From Desulfosporosinus sp. (GTDB lineage Bacteria; Bacillota; Desulfitobacteriia; Desulfitobacteriales; Desulfitobacteriaceae), in assembly GCA_003513495.1 (NCBI GenBank), contig DOPM01000043.1, positions 907 through 64,906 of the forward strand: DNA of 64,000 nucleotides. Reading direction: 5' to 3'. This document shows positions 18,490 through 27,888 of this stretch, piece after piece. Positions within the stretch are counted from its first letter, which is position 1, and each line of letters starts with the position of its first letter. The notes beneath the pieces were generated by a model. That model was given only the letters and a program-made list of their open reading frames with translations. It did no database searches and was not told the DNA's origin. Both the position numbers and the translations under genes were made by a program.

Positions 18490-20232
18490 ATGGATATACA
18501 GCTAACCATTAATGACATATCTCTAACAGTGCCGGAAGGAATGTCCATCTTAGATGCTGCACGAACCATAAACATCGATATTCCGACCTTATGCTACTTG
18601 AAACTTAATGAAATGCATTACAACAACAACATTGCTTCCTGTCGGGTCTGTGTGGTCGAAATCGAAGGTCGACGTAATTTGGCATCCTCTTGTTCAACCC
18701 CAGTAGCAAGCGGTATGGTTGTCAAAACCGATTCGCTGCGCGCTATCCAGGCCAGACGGGCTATGGTTGAGCTTCTCCTTTCTGACCACCCTAAATCTTG
18801 TTTAACCTGTGCAAAAAACCAGGATTGTGACCTTCAATCCTTAGCCTCGGAATTAGGCGTGCGCCATATCTCCTATGAAGGAGAAGAGTCTGAGTTTGAA
18901 ATTGATCGCTCGAGTTCTTCCATTGTTCGAGATCCTAATAAATGTATTCGTTGCCGCCGTTGTGAAACCATGTGTAACGAGGTACAGACGGTGGGTGTTT
19001 ACTCTGCCGTGGGACGCGGTTTTGAGACGGTTGTTAAAACAGCCTTTGATCTACCTCTTAGCCAAACCGCTTGCACCTTCTGCGGACAGTGTATAGCAGT
19101 TTGCCCTACTGGTGCATTAACGGAATTGGATCAGGTAGACAAAGTTTGGAAAGCTCTCAACGACCCTAATCAATTTGTCGTTGTACAAACTGCTCCAGCC
19201 GTACGGGTTGCGCTAGGGGAGGAATTCGATTTAGAGCCGGGGACGATTGTGACAGGTAAAATGGTCGCGGCTCTTCGACGGCTTGGTTTTGACCGTGTCT
19301 TTGATACGGATTTTGCAGCTGATCTGACGATTATGGAGGAAGCAACCGAGCTTGTCCATCGTATAAAACATGGCGGTCGACTACCTCTGCTCACCAGTTG
19401 TTGCCCTGCCTGGGTTAAATTCTTCGAACATCAATTTCCAGATCTCTTGGACATTCCTTCAACTTGTAAATCTCCTCATGAAATGTTAGGGGTTTTGATT
19501 AAAAGTTATTATGCTAGAACCCTGGGAATCGATCCTAAGACCATTACGGTTGTATCCGTGATGCCCTGTGTTGCCAAAAAATACGAAGCCGCTCGTCCTG
19601 AACTAGCTCAAGGTTCAGAAACTGCGGATGTGGACATCGTCATCACGACTCGTGAACTTGCTCGTATGGTTCGGGAAGCCAGCATTCACTTTGATCATCT
19701 CAAAGACCAAGAATTTGACCACCCCTTGGGGGAATCCACTGGTGCCTCCGTAATCTTTGGAGCAACCGGTGGAGTGCTCGAGGCTGCCTTACGGACAGCC
19801 TATGAGGTAATCACAGGTGAAACTTTGGAGAAAGTGGAGTTTGAGGTTCTGCGAGGAATGGATGGACTTAAGGAAGCAGTGATCCCTATTGCGGGAAGGG
19901 ATTACCGAGCAGCAGTTATCCACGGCCTAGGTAACGCTCGTAAGGTCCTAGAGAAAATACAAGCAGGGGAAAGTAATTATGACGTAATTGAAATCATGGC
20001 TTGCCCTGGAGGATGTATTGGGGGAGGCGGACAACCCTATCATCATGGGAACTTAGATATTCTAACTGACCGAGCCGGAGCCTTATACCGTGAAGACCGA
20101 AATAAACCTTTGCGGAAGTCGCATGAAAATCCGGCCATTATAGGCCTTTATAAAGACTTCTTAGGCGAGCCCTATGGAGAAAGGGCTCATAAGCTGCTGC
20201 ATACCAGCTACGTGGGACGTAAGAAGATCTAG
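18490..20232 (+). CDS. hydA: [FeFe]-hydrogenase catalytic subunit (HydA) with N-terminal 2Fe-2S and 4Fe-4S domains
   Basis: H-cluster motifs TSCCPAWV, MPCVAKKYE and EIMACPGGCIGGGGQP. GAAGGAGG RBS. Confidence 0.95.
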   Translation: MDIQLTINDISLTVPEGMSILDAARTINIDIPTLCYLKLNEMHYNNNIASCRVCVVEIEGRRNLASSCSTPVASGMVVKTDSLRAIQARRAMVELLLSDHPKSCLTCAKNQDCDLQSLASELGVRHISYEGEESEFEIDRSSSSIVRDPNKCIRCRRCETMCNEVQTVGVYSAVGRGFETVVKTAFDLPLSQTACTFCGQCIAVCPTGALTELDQVDKVWKALNDPNQFVVVQTAPAVRVALGEEFDLEPGTIVTGKMVAALRRLGFDRVFDTDFAADLTIMEEATELVHRIKHGGRLPLLTSCCPAWVKFFEHQFPDLLDIPSTCKSPHEMLGVLIKSYYARTLGIDPKTITVVSVMPCVAKKYEAARPELAQGSETADVDIVITTRELARMVREASIHFDHLKDQEFDHPLGESTGASVIFGATGGVLEAALRTAYEVITGETLEKVEFEVLRGMDGLKEAVIPIAGRDYRAAVIHGLGNARKVLEKIQAGESNYDVIEIMACPGGCIGGGGQPYHHGNLDILTDRAGALYREDRNKPLRKSHENPAIIGLYKDFLGEPYGERAHKLLHTSYVGRKKI

Positions 20233-20312
20233 TCATAGGATTATTCCCTGCCTTAGGTTGGTTATACAATATTTGGGTCGAATCGATCAGATTAAAAATT
20301 GTAAAAATGAAC

Positions 20313-20363
20313 AAAAAAGGACTGGAATTTTTGTAATTACATACGAAAAACCGGTCCTTTTTG
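20313..20363. terminator. Possible bidirectional terminator between convergent hydA and a ferredoxin-subunit gene
   Basis: AAAAAAGGACTGG / CCGGTCCTTTTT with a roughly 25-nt loop. Confidence 0.4.
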
Positions 20364-20390
20364 CTTTTACCCATGATTTAGTTGGGCAAT

Positions 20391-20936
20391 TCATAGTTTA
20401 GTAGTTCTTGGTGGCTTATAGAAAACAGAGGGGCGCGTCAATCGAAGGCTCGGAACGGGGGCGGTAAGTCTTAATAACTGGTTTTCCGCAATGTCTTTTA
20501 GTTCTTTTAGCTTAAGCGCTCCAGTAAGGCAAGCTTGAATACAAAAAGGAGGCATACCTTGATCTAAACGTTCATGGCAGAGCTGGCATTTCCCCGCTTT
20601 GTTAGTCTGGAGATTGTATTGGGGAGCTCCAAAGGGACATGAGGCGACGCAGGACTTACAGCCCGTACACTTTTCGGAAAGATGTAGGACAATACCATCG
20701 CGGCGTTTGGCATAGGCCCCAGAAGGGCAGACCCTTAGACACTCGGGATCGCCGCAATGATTGCAGGCAGTGGATAAATAAAATATCTGAATCTGATCCT
20801 TGGAGATTTTCTCTACCCTACGAATCCGACGCCATAGAAGAGGGGCCAACTGATTTCCGTTTTGACAGGCTTTGGCACAGGCGCCGCAGCCCAGGCACCG
20901 ATTAACGTCAAGCACGAAACCCAATTGTTTGACCAT
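20391..20936 (-). CDS. 4Fe-4S ferredoxin-type electron-transfer subunit (DmsB-like), module 2
   Basis: Four Cys clusters (CLGCGACAKAC, CNHCGDPEC, CTGCKSCVASCP, CQLC...C). Follows the Tat-less catalytic subunit. AAGGAGAG RBS. Confidence 0.85.
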   Translation of the reverse strand: MVKQLGFVLDVNRCLGCGACAKACQNGNQLAPLLWRRIRRVEKISKDQIQIFYLSTACNHCGDPECLRVCPSGAYAKRRDGIVLHLSEKCTGCKSCVASCPFGAPQYNLQTNKAGKCQLCHERLDQGMPPFCIQACLTGALKLKELKDIAENQLLRLTAPVPSLRLTRPSVFYKPPRTTKL

Positions 20937-21036
20937 ACACCCACTCTCCTTTTGTCAGATGGCTTAGCGCCTCTCGAAAAGTTCAATTAAAAACCTCTGA
21001 TGGAGCTGAATTCCACCTGAAGCAAGTTGCCGATAT

Positions 21037-23091
21037 CTAAAGTTTCCGCAAATTTACAAAGGTTTCATTTAATGCAAATCCTCGAGCCCCAAGAGTGAGT
21101 TGCCCCATATCAGTTAAAGGCCCTTCGACTTGCTCCTGAAAAACAATGACAACATCATTCGAGATACCTAATATTGGTTGAATAACTACTTCTAATAGAC
21201 CTGATTCATTCCAAATTTGGGCTCGGTCTCCGACTGCTAAATCATAACGCTGGGCAAGTTCAGGCGCAAGATGTAAGACGTAATCGGGATTGGCCGTCCC
21301 AGTGGCATAAACTTGAGAGTTAATAGTAGAGTGGTGATGTGGAGTTAAAAGGCGCAATGGAGCATCAATCGAAGAGTTAAGAGGGGGGATAAAGATTGGA
21401 AGGGGTGAAAGATGGGCATCAGAAGCTCGGGATGAGAAAAATTCATAGCGTCTGGAAGGAGTTGCAAAGGTCCGATTTTCCCAAGCTGTTCTGGGATATT
21501 TTGCGCGTACCGGACCATTTAGAAGGTCTTCTGCTTTTTTTATACCCAGAATATCTAACATTGGGGGGCCGAGTTCACGTAAAAGGGTTTCCTTTTCATC
21601 GCCTGATATCGGAAATGCGCAGCTTCCGGGTTTAAGTTTATTTAATTTTGATGAAACATCCCAGGCAATCTGTAAATCAGAGCGAGATTCACCGACCGGA
21701 GGAATAGCGGGTTCGTTGACTCCTACCCAATAATGCCAATAACTGGAATTTAAATCCCAATGTTCATAATGGGTCGTGATCGGCAGAAAAAGATCGGCCG
21801 CTTCGGAGGATTTGGAATGGAAGAGATCACTCACGACGATCAAGTCCAGTTGGCTGATCAGTTTTTTCCATTGCTGCAGATTACCATCTTGGGATAGAGG
21901 GTTTCTCCCAGAAATCCAGAGCATTTTAACGGGTGGATCCGTACAATTGAAAGCCTCCTCCGCGAACTGATTGATATTAAGAAGTCGATCCGTCTGTTTT
22001 TGATTCAAAGTTAGGTTGTCTACAGAGGCTTGATCAGCGTTGGAAGAACTGTTGATTGGATGGAACGGATCCTGTATTGCCCCGGAAAAACGCCAGGTCT
22101 CGAATTGAGCGTATTGAACGCCGCCTCCTTCTTCACCAAGGTGTCCAGCAAGTGCTCCTAAGGCATCAATAGCGCGCAGGGTCTGTCCCCCATTAGTATA
22201 ACGCTGAAGGCCAAAACCAGCCCAGATACAAGCCGGATGAGTTTGACCGTATTCTATGGCTAGGTTGCGAATGGTTGATATAGGAACTCCTGTGATTTCC
22301 GAACAATGATCAAGAGATATTTCGGTTTCAATATAGTGGATGAATTCTTCGTGCCCAAAGGTATAAGACCCCAGGTTAGGGTCTATAAGACCTTCTTCTA
22401 GAAGAACCTTGGCGAACCCTAAAGCAAGAAGTCCATCGGTTCCTGGGCAAACCTTTACATATCGATGGGCTCGGGCGGCTGTAGCGCTAAAGTGGGTATC
22501 GAAACAAACCACCTTGGCCCCGTGATCAATGGCATCGAAAATGATCGGCATCTGGTGAACAGCAGTCCAGGCAGGGTTTACTCCCCAGAGCCAGATCAGC
22601 TTAGCTTTAGACATATCCAACGGATCAGAACAAAAGAATGTTCCAAAGTCCAGGGTTTGAGCTTCTACCCCTGCTGACCAACAGGGGGATCCAATCGCTC
22701 TCGTGGTTGCCCCGATACCCGTGAAGAGGCCTTCCATGGCATTGTGTAAGATGCCAAAATTTCCAGAGTACTTATTCAGAGCAAGAGGCAACGTTGTTCC
22801 ATACGTCTCTTCGAGGTTCAGGATTTTTTCAGCGATCAGGGTTAATGCCTCATCCCATGAAATTCGCTCCCAAAAACCACTGTAACGAACCTGTTGGCGC
22901 ATGGGGTAACGGATGCGCTGAGGACTGTAAACCTTTTTCACATCATCTAGAGCTTTAGGACAGAGTTTGCCCAAGGTGTATTCGTGAGCGGGGTTACCTT
23001 CAACAGAGATAAGCACTCCATTGTGGGTAGTGCTAATAATGCTGCACGTATCGTAGCAGTTGCGAGGGCAAATATTTTGATGAAATTCCAT
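21037..23091 (-). CDS. Molybdopterin (DMSO-reductase family) oxidoreductase catalytic subunit lacking a Tat signal, module 2
   Basis: Starts MEFHQNICPRNCYDTC (FS0 Cys motif at residue 8) after AGGGGGG. Paralogous along its length to 24745-26949. Substrate unknown. Confidence 0.85.
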   Translation of the reverse strand: MEFHQNICPRNCYDTCSIISTTHNGVLISVEGNPAHEYTLGKLCPKALDDVKKVYSPQRIRYPMRQQVRYSGFWERISWDEALTLIAEKILNLEETYGTTLPLALNKYSGNFGILHNAMEGLFTGIGATTRAIGSPCWSAGVEAQTLDFGTFFCSDPLDMSKAKLIWLWGVNPAWTAVHQMPIIFDAIDHGAKVVCFDTHFSATAARAHRYVKVCPGTDGLLALGFAKVLLEEGLIDPNLGSYTFGHEEFIHYIETEISLDHCSEITGVPISTIRNLAIEYGQTHPACIWAGFGLQRYTNGGQTLRAIDALGALAGHLGEEGGGVQYAQFETWRFSGAIQDPFHPINSSSNADQASVDNLTLNQKQTDRLLNINQFAEEAFNCTDPPVKMLWISGRNPLSQDGNLQQWKKLISQLDLIVVSDLFHSKSSEAADLFLPITTHYEHWDLNSSYWHYWVGVNEPAIPPVGESRSDLQIAWDVSSKLNKLKPGSCAFPISGDEKETLLRELGPPMLDILGIKKAEDLLNGPVRAKYPRTAWENRTFATPSRRYEFFSSRASDAHLSPLPIFIPPLNSSIDAPLRLLTPHHHSTINSQVYATGTANPDYVLHLAPELAQRYDLAVGDRAQIWNESGLLEVVIQPILGISNDVVIVFQEQVEGPLTDMGQLTLGARGFALNETFVNLRKL

Positions 23092-23199
23092 TAGTTTACC
23101 CCCCTGATCCACTCAATGTCTTTAGAAGATTATTCGTTAAGTTTACCTAAAAACCTTTAAGTATGCGTGAAAATCAAGTTTAGTCATTATTAACAATGA

Positions 23200-23243
23200 G
23201 CCCTGAAAGTTTGCGCTGAGGCTGCAAACTTTCAGGGCTTTTG
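23200..23243. terminator. Strong hairpin separating the two molybdoenzyme modules
   Basis: Perfect 15-bp stem GCCCTGAAAGTTTGC (23200-23214) / GCAAACTTTCAGGGC (23224-23238). The T-run is on the plus side only. Confidence 0.6.
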
Positions 23244-23259
23244 TGGGAGGAATCACCAT

Positions 23260-24162
23260 TTAGAACAAAGCTGTAATTTGGATGCCTGTTGCACTAAGGT
23301 AAAAAAGTGCTCGACCTAAGATTTCTCCTAAACCTACTAAGAGAGTAACGGTCAGGATAAGATTTTTTTTGCCGAGGTCAGGGCTTTTTAAGATGATAAC
23401 CAGCAGAAGGAGTGGGGCCAACCAACTCACTAGAGCACGGACCCAAAATAGAGGGCTGCTCAAATGATAGTTTAAGGAGGCGGCTCCTTCCATGCTTGCA
23501 CTGAGCATAGAACCATAAATAACAGAGAGGATGAGGCTGAAGATTGTGCACCCGAGTGACACTTGAAGAAGAAGCTTCTTTTGAGCGGTTTGAAGTAAGT
23601 TCCCTCCTAGTACTAAAGTGCAAAGAGCTCCTAGCAAGCCAGTGGTGAGTAAAAAGAAAAGAACGGGTCCGCCGTTATTCCAAGCAGGAACTCGGGGTAG
23701 AACATAAATCATGGCGCTGCTGGCAATACCTAACAGGCCTAGTAGAGAAGTGATCCCTAATCCGAGGGAGAGGTTGCTAGTTGGTTGTCCCCCAGCTGCA
23801 GTTTCAGCAGTCGTAATGATTGAGGCGCCTGACCCAAGGGTGTGGCTGCTTGTTTGTTGTCTCGACAGCCGAAAAAGATAGATCCAGGCCAAGAACGTGA
23901 GGAGGAAGAAGAGAATTTCGCGGCTTAACCAAGAGGAACCCAGGTGGGCTAAAGCGCGGTAAGCTGCTTCCGGATGTCCCAGATGAAAAAGTGAAGCCAA
24001 AAGAGCGATCAGTAAGAGACCCCCAGAAACATGGACCCCCCGTTTGAATAATTGGATATTCAGATTGCGGTTACGGGCGAGCCACCAGAGCATTAGAATT
24101 ATCCCAATCGCGATTTGTCCTAGAACGGTGAACAGAATTAAGGGCCATTCCCAGTCTCCCAT
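23260..24162 (-). CDS. DmsC-like polytopic membrane anchor subunit
   Basis: 300 aa with about 8 hydrophobic helices, directly downstream of the A and B subunits. AGGAGGG RBS. Confidence 0.7.
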   Translation of the reverse strand: MGDWEWPLILFTVLGQIAIGIILMLWWLARNRNLNIQLFKRGVHVSGGLLLIALLASLFHLGHPEAAYRALAHLGSSWLSREILFFLLTFLAWIYLFRLSRQQTSSHTLGSGASIITTAETAAGGQPTSNLSLGLGITSLLGLLGIASSAMIYVLPRVPAWNNGGPVLFFLLTTGLLGALCTLVLGGNLLQTAQKKLLLQVSLGCTIFSLILSVIYGSMLSASMEGAASLNYHLSSPLFWVRALVSWLAPLLLLVIILKSPDLGKKNLILTVTLLVGLGEILGRALFYLSATGIQITALF

Positions 24163-24165
24163 ATC

Positions 24166-24732
24166 TTAATCCCTCCTAATTTGTTTGCCCTGTTTCGGTC
24201 CGATAAAACGAATCGACGGCGATGTGATTTTCGGGCTTGGCAGCCCAGGTAAGGTTTTGAGTATACCGGTTTTTTGATCGAGACTATCATTGATTTCTAC
24301 CAGTTCCAGGGCTCCCGGAATGCAGGCGGTGACGCAAGCTGGTTTTTCACCTTGGTCAATTCGCTGGTAACATAAATTACATTTCTCGACTTTCTTTTTG
24401 GCAGGGTTAATTTGGGGACGATCATACGGGCAGGCCATGGTACATAAGCGACAGCCGATGCAACGATTGGGATCATGGATCACAATTCCATCCTCGCGTT
24501 TGGTGTAGGCCTTTACCGGGCAGACGCGCAGGCATTCTGGGTGAGCGCAGTGGTTGCAGGCCATCGAAAAGAACATTCGGGTAGGAAGGGAGAAGTCGTC
24601 TTCATGGAGTTGGAAAACTTTACGCCACTGGGGGGTTGCTTCAATTTGATATTCGTTTTTGCAGGCTATTTCACACCCCCGACAGCCCACACATTTCTCT
24701 GAGTTGTGTAAAAAGCCAAGCTGTTTACTCAA
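24166..24732 (-). CDS. 4Fe-4S ferredoxin-type electron-transfer subunit (DmsB-like), module 1
   Basis: CVGCRGCEIAC, CNHCAHPEC, CIGCRLCTMACP and CNLC clusters. TTG start 7 nt after AAGGAGG. Confidence 0.85.
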   Translation of the reverse strand: MSKQLGFLHNSEKCVGCRGCEIACKNEYQIEATPQWRKVFQLHEDDFSLPTRMFFSMACNHCAHPECLRVCPVKAYTKREDGIVIHDPNRCIGCRLCTMACPYDRPQINPAKKKVEKCNLCYQRIDQGEKPACVTACIPGALELVEINDSLDQKTGILKTLPGLPSPKITSPSIRFIGPKQGKQIRRD

Positions 24733-24744
24733 AGGGATTCCTCC

Positions 24745-26949
24745 TTATGCTTTTTCTATCATTACGAAATTATCGTGAAAGGCTAACCCGTCGTTGCCAG
24801 TCGCTTGTTTTCCCATATCACTGGGGATGGCTTTCAAGGTGTAATTAACATTGAAATTAGAGTTTTTATACCAGGCCTCATAGGCGACGATGACATTTGT
24901 TGAGGTTGTCCGGGTTAGGTGGGCTTTGACCGTAATTGAACCCAGGTCATTGTAGATTTTAACCATAGTGCCCTCAGTAATACCGTATTTGGCAGCTAGA
25001 TTCGGATGAATCTCCACCTTAGGCTCAGGGTTAGTAGTCATCATCCAGTCCAGGTTTTGGAACTGGGAGTGTAAAGCATACTGCGGATGGGGTGTCATAA
25101 AGCGGATCGGATATTTCTCGGGGGTTTTCATTTCATCAACCCAGATTGGGAGCGCCGGCAGTCCATTCTTCTCGGCAAGTTCACTATGGATTTCAATTTT
25201 CTTCGAAGGTGTGCGGAAATTCCCATCGGACCAGGAAGCGGGAGGCATTTTTGCCTTACGAGGCCCATCAATGAGTTCTTTATAATCGTTAATGCCGAGC
25301 ATTTGATGTATTCCGGGGTTGAATTCTTTGGCTAACCATTCTTCCGGTGTTCCCGAAGTTGGGAAGGTACAAGATCCAGGTTCTAGGGCATTCATTTTTT
25401 CAGAAAGTTCTATAGCGATTTCAACATCACTTTTACATTCATACAGAGGGTCAATAGCGCGTTGGTTGATGCCGACCCAATAGTGCCAATAGCTGGCCAT
25501 GACATCCCAGTCCTCAAAATGGGTGGTTGCTGGCAAGACAATATCAGACATCTCGACGGTTTTATTGAAAAAGGAATCTACAGTAACCACAAATTCCATA
25601 GAGGAGAACATTTTTTCAATGGCATTAGTGTCAGGATCTTGAGCTCCGGGATTCCGGCACGCCAGCCAGAGCATTTTTACTGGAGGGTCGCTTTGGGCGG
25701 AGACATCGTGGGCAAAGTTATTCATGTTGATGGCACGATCCCCTTCTTTGCCATCGGGACCAATGAATCCTTTAGACCCTTTGGGAGGGGCATTGACCAT
25801 CGCATTATAGTTAAAGCCCCAGGTTTCTAGGTGACCGTAGTTGACTCCTCCACCAGATTTTCCTACATTGCCGGTCATGACTCCAAGGGCATCGATGATC
25901 CGTACGTTCTGACCGCCGTTCGTGTGACGCTGCATACCGTAACCGACCCACATACTGGCTGGTTTAGCGGTTGCGTATTCGCGGGCAATTTCCATGATGA
26001 TGTCTTTAGGCACGCCGGTTTTTTCAGAAGCCCAGTCTAGAGTAATAGACTTTTTGACATACTCGACCCATTCATCAAAGCCGAGACTGTTGGCCCGGGC
26101 ATACTCCCAATCGACCCAATTGTTGTCGATAATATAGCGAGCCATGCCCAAAGCGAGAGCACCATCTGTACTGGGGTTAATTTGTATATAGAGATCGGCC
26201 TTTGAAGCAGTGGAGGTTAAGATAGGATCGATCACCACGAGTTTAGCGCCGCGTTCCCGAGCTTCGTTGATGAAGGGTAAGCTGTGAATCGCTGTCCAGG
26301 CGGCATTTTGTCCCCAGAGAATAATATACTTGGCATTAACCATGTCTTCGGGGTCGTTGCTATAAAGGGTGCCAAAATCATAGGTTTGAGCATCAATCCC
26401 GGCGGGCCAGCAGGGTGTTCCTACGGCGCGGGTTGTGTAGCCGATGCTTGACATAGTCCCCTCTATTCCATAGTGAACAATACCAAAATTTCCGGAGTAC
26501 TTATCTAAGCAGATCGGGAGTGTAGAACCGTAGCGCTTCTTCAAATCTAGGATTTTCTTGGCAATCGTATCCATAGCTTCATCCCAACTGATACGGGTCC
26601 AGTTGCCGGAACCACGAGGGGATTGCTTCATGGGGTATTTGATGCGATCCGGGCTATAGACACGGCGCGGATAAGAGTACCCTTTTAGGCAAAGCTTTCC
26701 GTTGGTATAGCCGTGTTTAGGGTCTCCTTCAACCTTTTTGAGGACTCCGTCTTCTACATAGGTAATCATCCCGCAGGTATCATAACAGTTACGAGGACAG
26801 ACATTTCGGAAGGTTTTTATAGCCTCAGAGGGTTGATCCGCTGCAGAGGCAGAGGGGGAATTTGTTAATAAATTAAAGTTGAAAAGAGTCATACTAGAGG
26901 CAGCAACGGCTGCTGCTCCTCCGAGAAATTTGCGGCGCGTAAGTTTCAT
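24745..26949 (-). CDS. Tat-exported molybdopterin (DMSO-reductase family) oxidoreductase catalytic subunit, module 1
   Basis: Twin-arginine signal MKLTRRKFLGGAAAVAASS...ASAADQ, FS0 motif CPRNCYDTCG, GAAGGAGG RBS. Substrate unknown. Confidence 0.9.
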   Translation of the reverse strand: MKLTRRKFLGGAAAVAASSMTLFNFNLLTNSPSASAADQPSEAIKTFRNVCPRNCYDTCGMITYVEDGVLKKVEGDPKHGYTNGKLCLKGYSYPRRVYSPDRIKYPMKQSPRGSGNWTRISWDEAMDTIAKKILDLKKRYGSTLPICLDKYSGNFGIVHYGIEGTMSSIGYTTRAVGTPCWPAGIDAQTYDFGTLYSNDPEDMVNAKYIILWGQNAAWTAIHSLPFINEARERGAKLVVIDPILTSTASKADLYIQINPSTDGALALGMARYIIDNNWVDWEYARANSLGFDEWVEYVKKSITLDWASEKTGVPKDIIMEIAREYATAKPASMWVGYGMQRHTNGGQNVRIIDALGVMTGNVGKSGGGVNYGHLETWGFNYNAMVNAPPKGSKGFIGPDGKEGDRAINMNNFAHDVSAQSDPPVKMLWLACRNPGAQDPDTNAIEKMFSSMEFVVTVDSFFNKTVEMSDIVLPATTHFEDWDVMASYWHYWVGINQRAIDPLYECKSDVEIAIELSEKMNALEPGSCTFPTSGTPEEWLAKEFNPGIHQMLGINDYKELIDGPRKAKMPPASWSDGNFRTPSKKIEIHSELAEKNGLPALPIWVDEMKTPEKYPIRFMTPHPQYALHSQFQNLDWMMTTNPEPKVEIHPNLAAKYGITEGTMVKIYNDLGSITVKAHLTRTTSTNVIVAYEAWYKNSNFNVNYTLKAIPSDMGKQATGNDGLAFHDNFVMIEKA

Positions 26950-27613
26950 AAGGGGCCTCCTTCGTGTTTAATGGTGCGTTAAGAGTTGAGAGCGCAACTA
27001 GAATCTCGCTTAAGGCAGAAAAGAGAGGATGTTTGGCTGACTGGGAAACTGTGTGAGCAAATGTTTTTAACCAGAGGCCAAGGTGTTGTTGCCAAAACTC
27101 CTGGTATAAGGTTTTATAGAGTTGTATTTTAGCGCTGTTCTTGGCAGCTTGTGTCTCAATAATCCGACTCAAGAGGTATGCAACGAATTCGAGTTCGGTT
27201 GAGATAAAATCATCTGGTTCATGCCTTTGCCCTATGGTCTGTAAATTTTCTCGCTGGTAGAATTTGCGGACAGCTAAGGTTTGTTCTCCCATCACTAAAT
27301 GGTCGGAGGATAAATACACAGACTCATAAGGGGGGGCAACAGGAGCATTGGGACCGACGAAGAGGCGGTTAAACTCGTAGCACATAACGAGATATTCTCC
27401 GTCATTCGTTTCAGAGTATTGAGCTAAGATTTGGTTGGCTTGAAGCAGTCTAGAGGTATTATAGTGTTCGGCTATGGCCGAACAGGATTTAACCAGTGGA
27501 CTCAAGGTTTGAGATAAGTTTTCCCCTCCTTGGGCGAAGAGATGGCTAAGCGCGAGTAGTAGTTCGCCATGAGTTTTCAGAACTTGGGGAGGGCAGTCCT
27601 CGAAAAAGGTCAT
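26894..27613 (-). CDS. TorD/DmsD-family redox-enzyme maturation chaperone
   Basis: About 240 aa with the family-typical HEPDDFISTELEF motif. ATG 27613 follows AAAGGAGG. The 3' end overlaps the Tat-signal codons of the next gene by 56 nt. Confidence 0.7.
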   Translation of the reverse strand: MTFFEDCPPQVLKTHGELLLALSHLFAQGGENLSQTLSPLVKSCSAIAEHYNTSRLLQANQILAQYSETNDGEYLVMCYEFNRLFVGPNAPVAPPYESVYLSSDHLVMGEQTLAVRKFYQRENLQTIGQRHEPDDFISTELEFVAYLLSRIIETQAAKNSAKIQLYKTLYQEFWQQHLGLWLKTFAHTVSQSAKHPLFSALSEILVALSTLNAPLNTKEAPYETYAPQISRRSSSRCCL

Positions 27614-27736
27614 TAATATAGTCCTCCTTTCTTTTAGCCAAGATTCTTGTACCAATGTTCACTTTACATGCCTATAATTCGGCTTTCTCAGTTTTGTTCC
27701 TTTAGAGTAAAAAATGAAATGAAAGGGCATTCGTTG

Positions 27737-27778
27737 TAAAAAGAAACAAAAGCCCCTCTCCACAAGGTGTGAAGGGGG
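27737..27778 (-). terminator. Intrinsic terminator, second of a look-alike tandem pair
   Basis: Minus strand: CCCCCTTCACA-CCT-TGTGGAGAGGGG, followed by CTTTTGTTTCTTTTT. Confidence 0.65.
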
Positions 27779-27807
27779 ATGTAGCCTTCCATCTTCTTTT
27801 CTTAAGT

Positions 27808-27853
27808 GGCTAACAAAGACAAATTCCCCTCTCCACCGGGAGAAGGGAATTTG
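27808..27853 (-). terminator. Intrinsic terminator after the PucR-like gene
   Basis: 14 paired positions around one C-A mismatch, CAAATTCCC(C)TCTCC / GGAGA(A)GGGAATTTG (27820-27853), 4-nt loop. TCTTTGTT follows on the minus strand. Confidence 0.65.
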
Positions 27854-27888
27854 TTTGGGATATTCGAACCACGAAAATGGGATAGTAA

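Noticed and set aside
20391-26949. Checked the two DMSO-reductase-family catalytic genes for in-frame TGA (selenocysteine), as found in the FDH gene.
   Set aside because: Both reading frames are uninterrupted from start to stop. There is no evidence of recoding.
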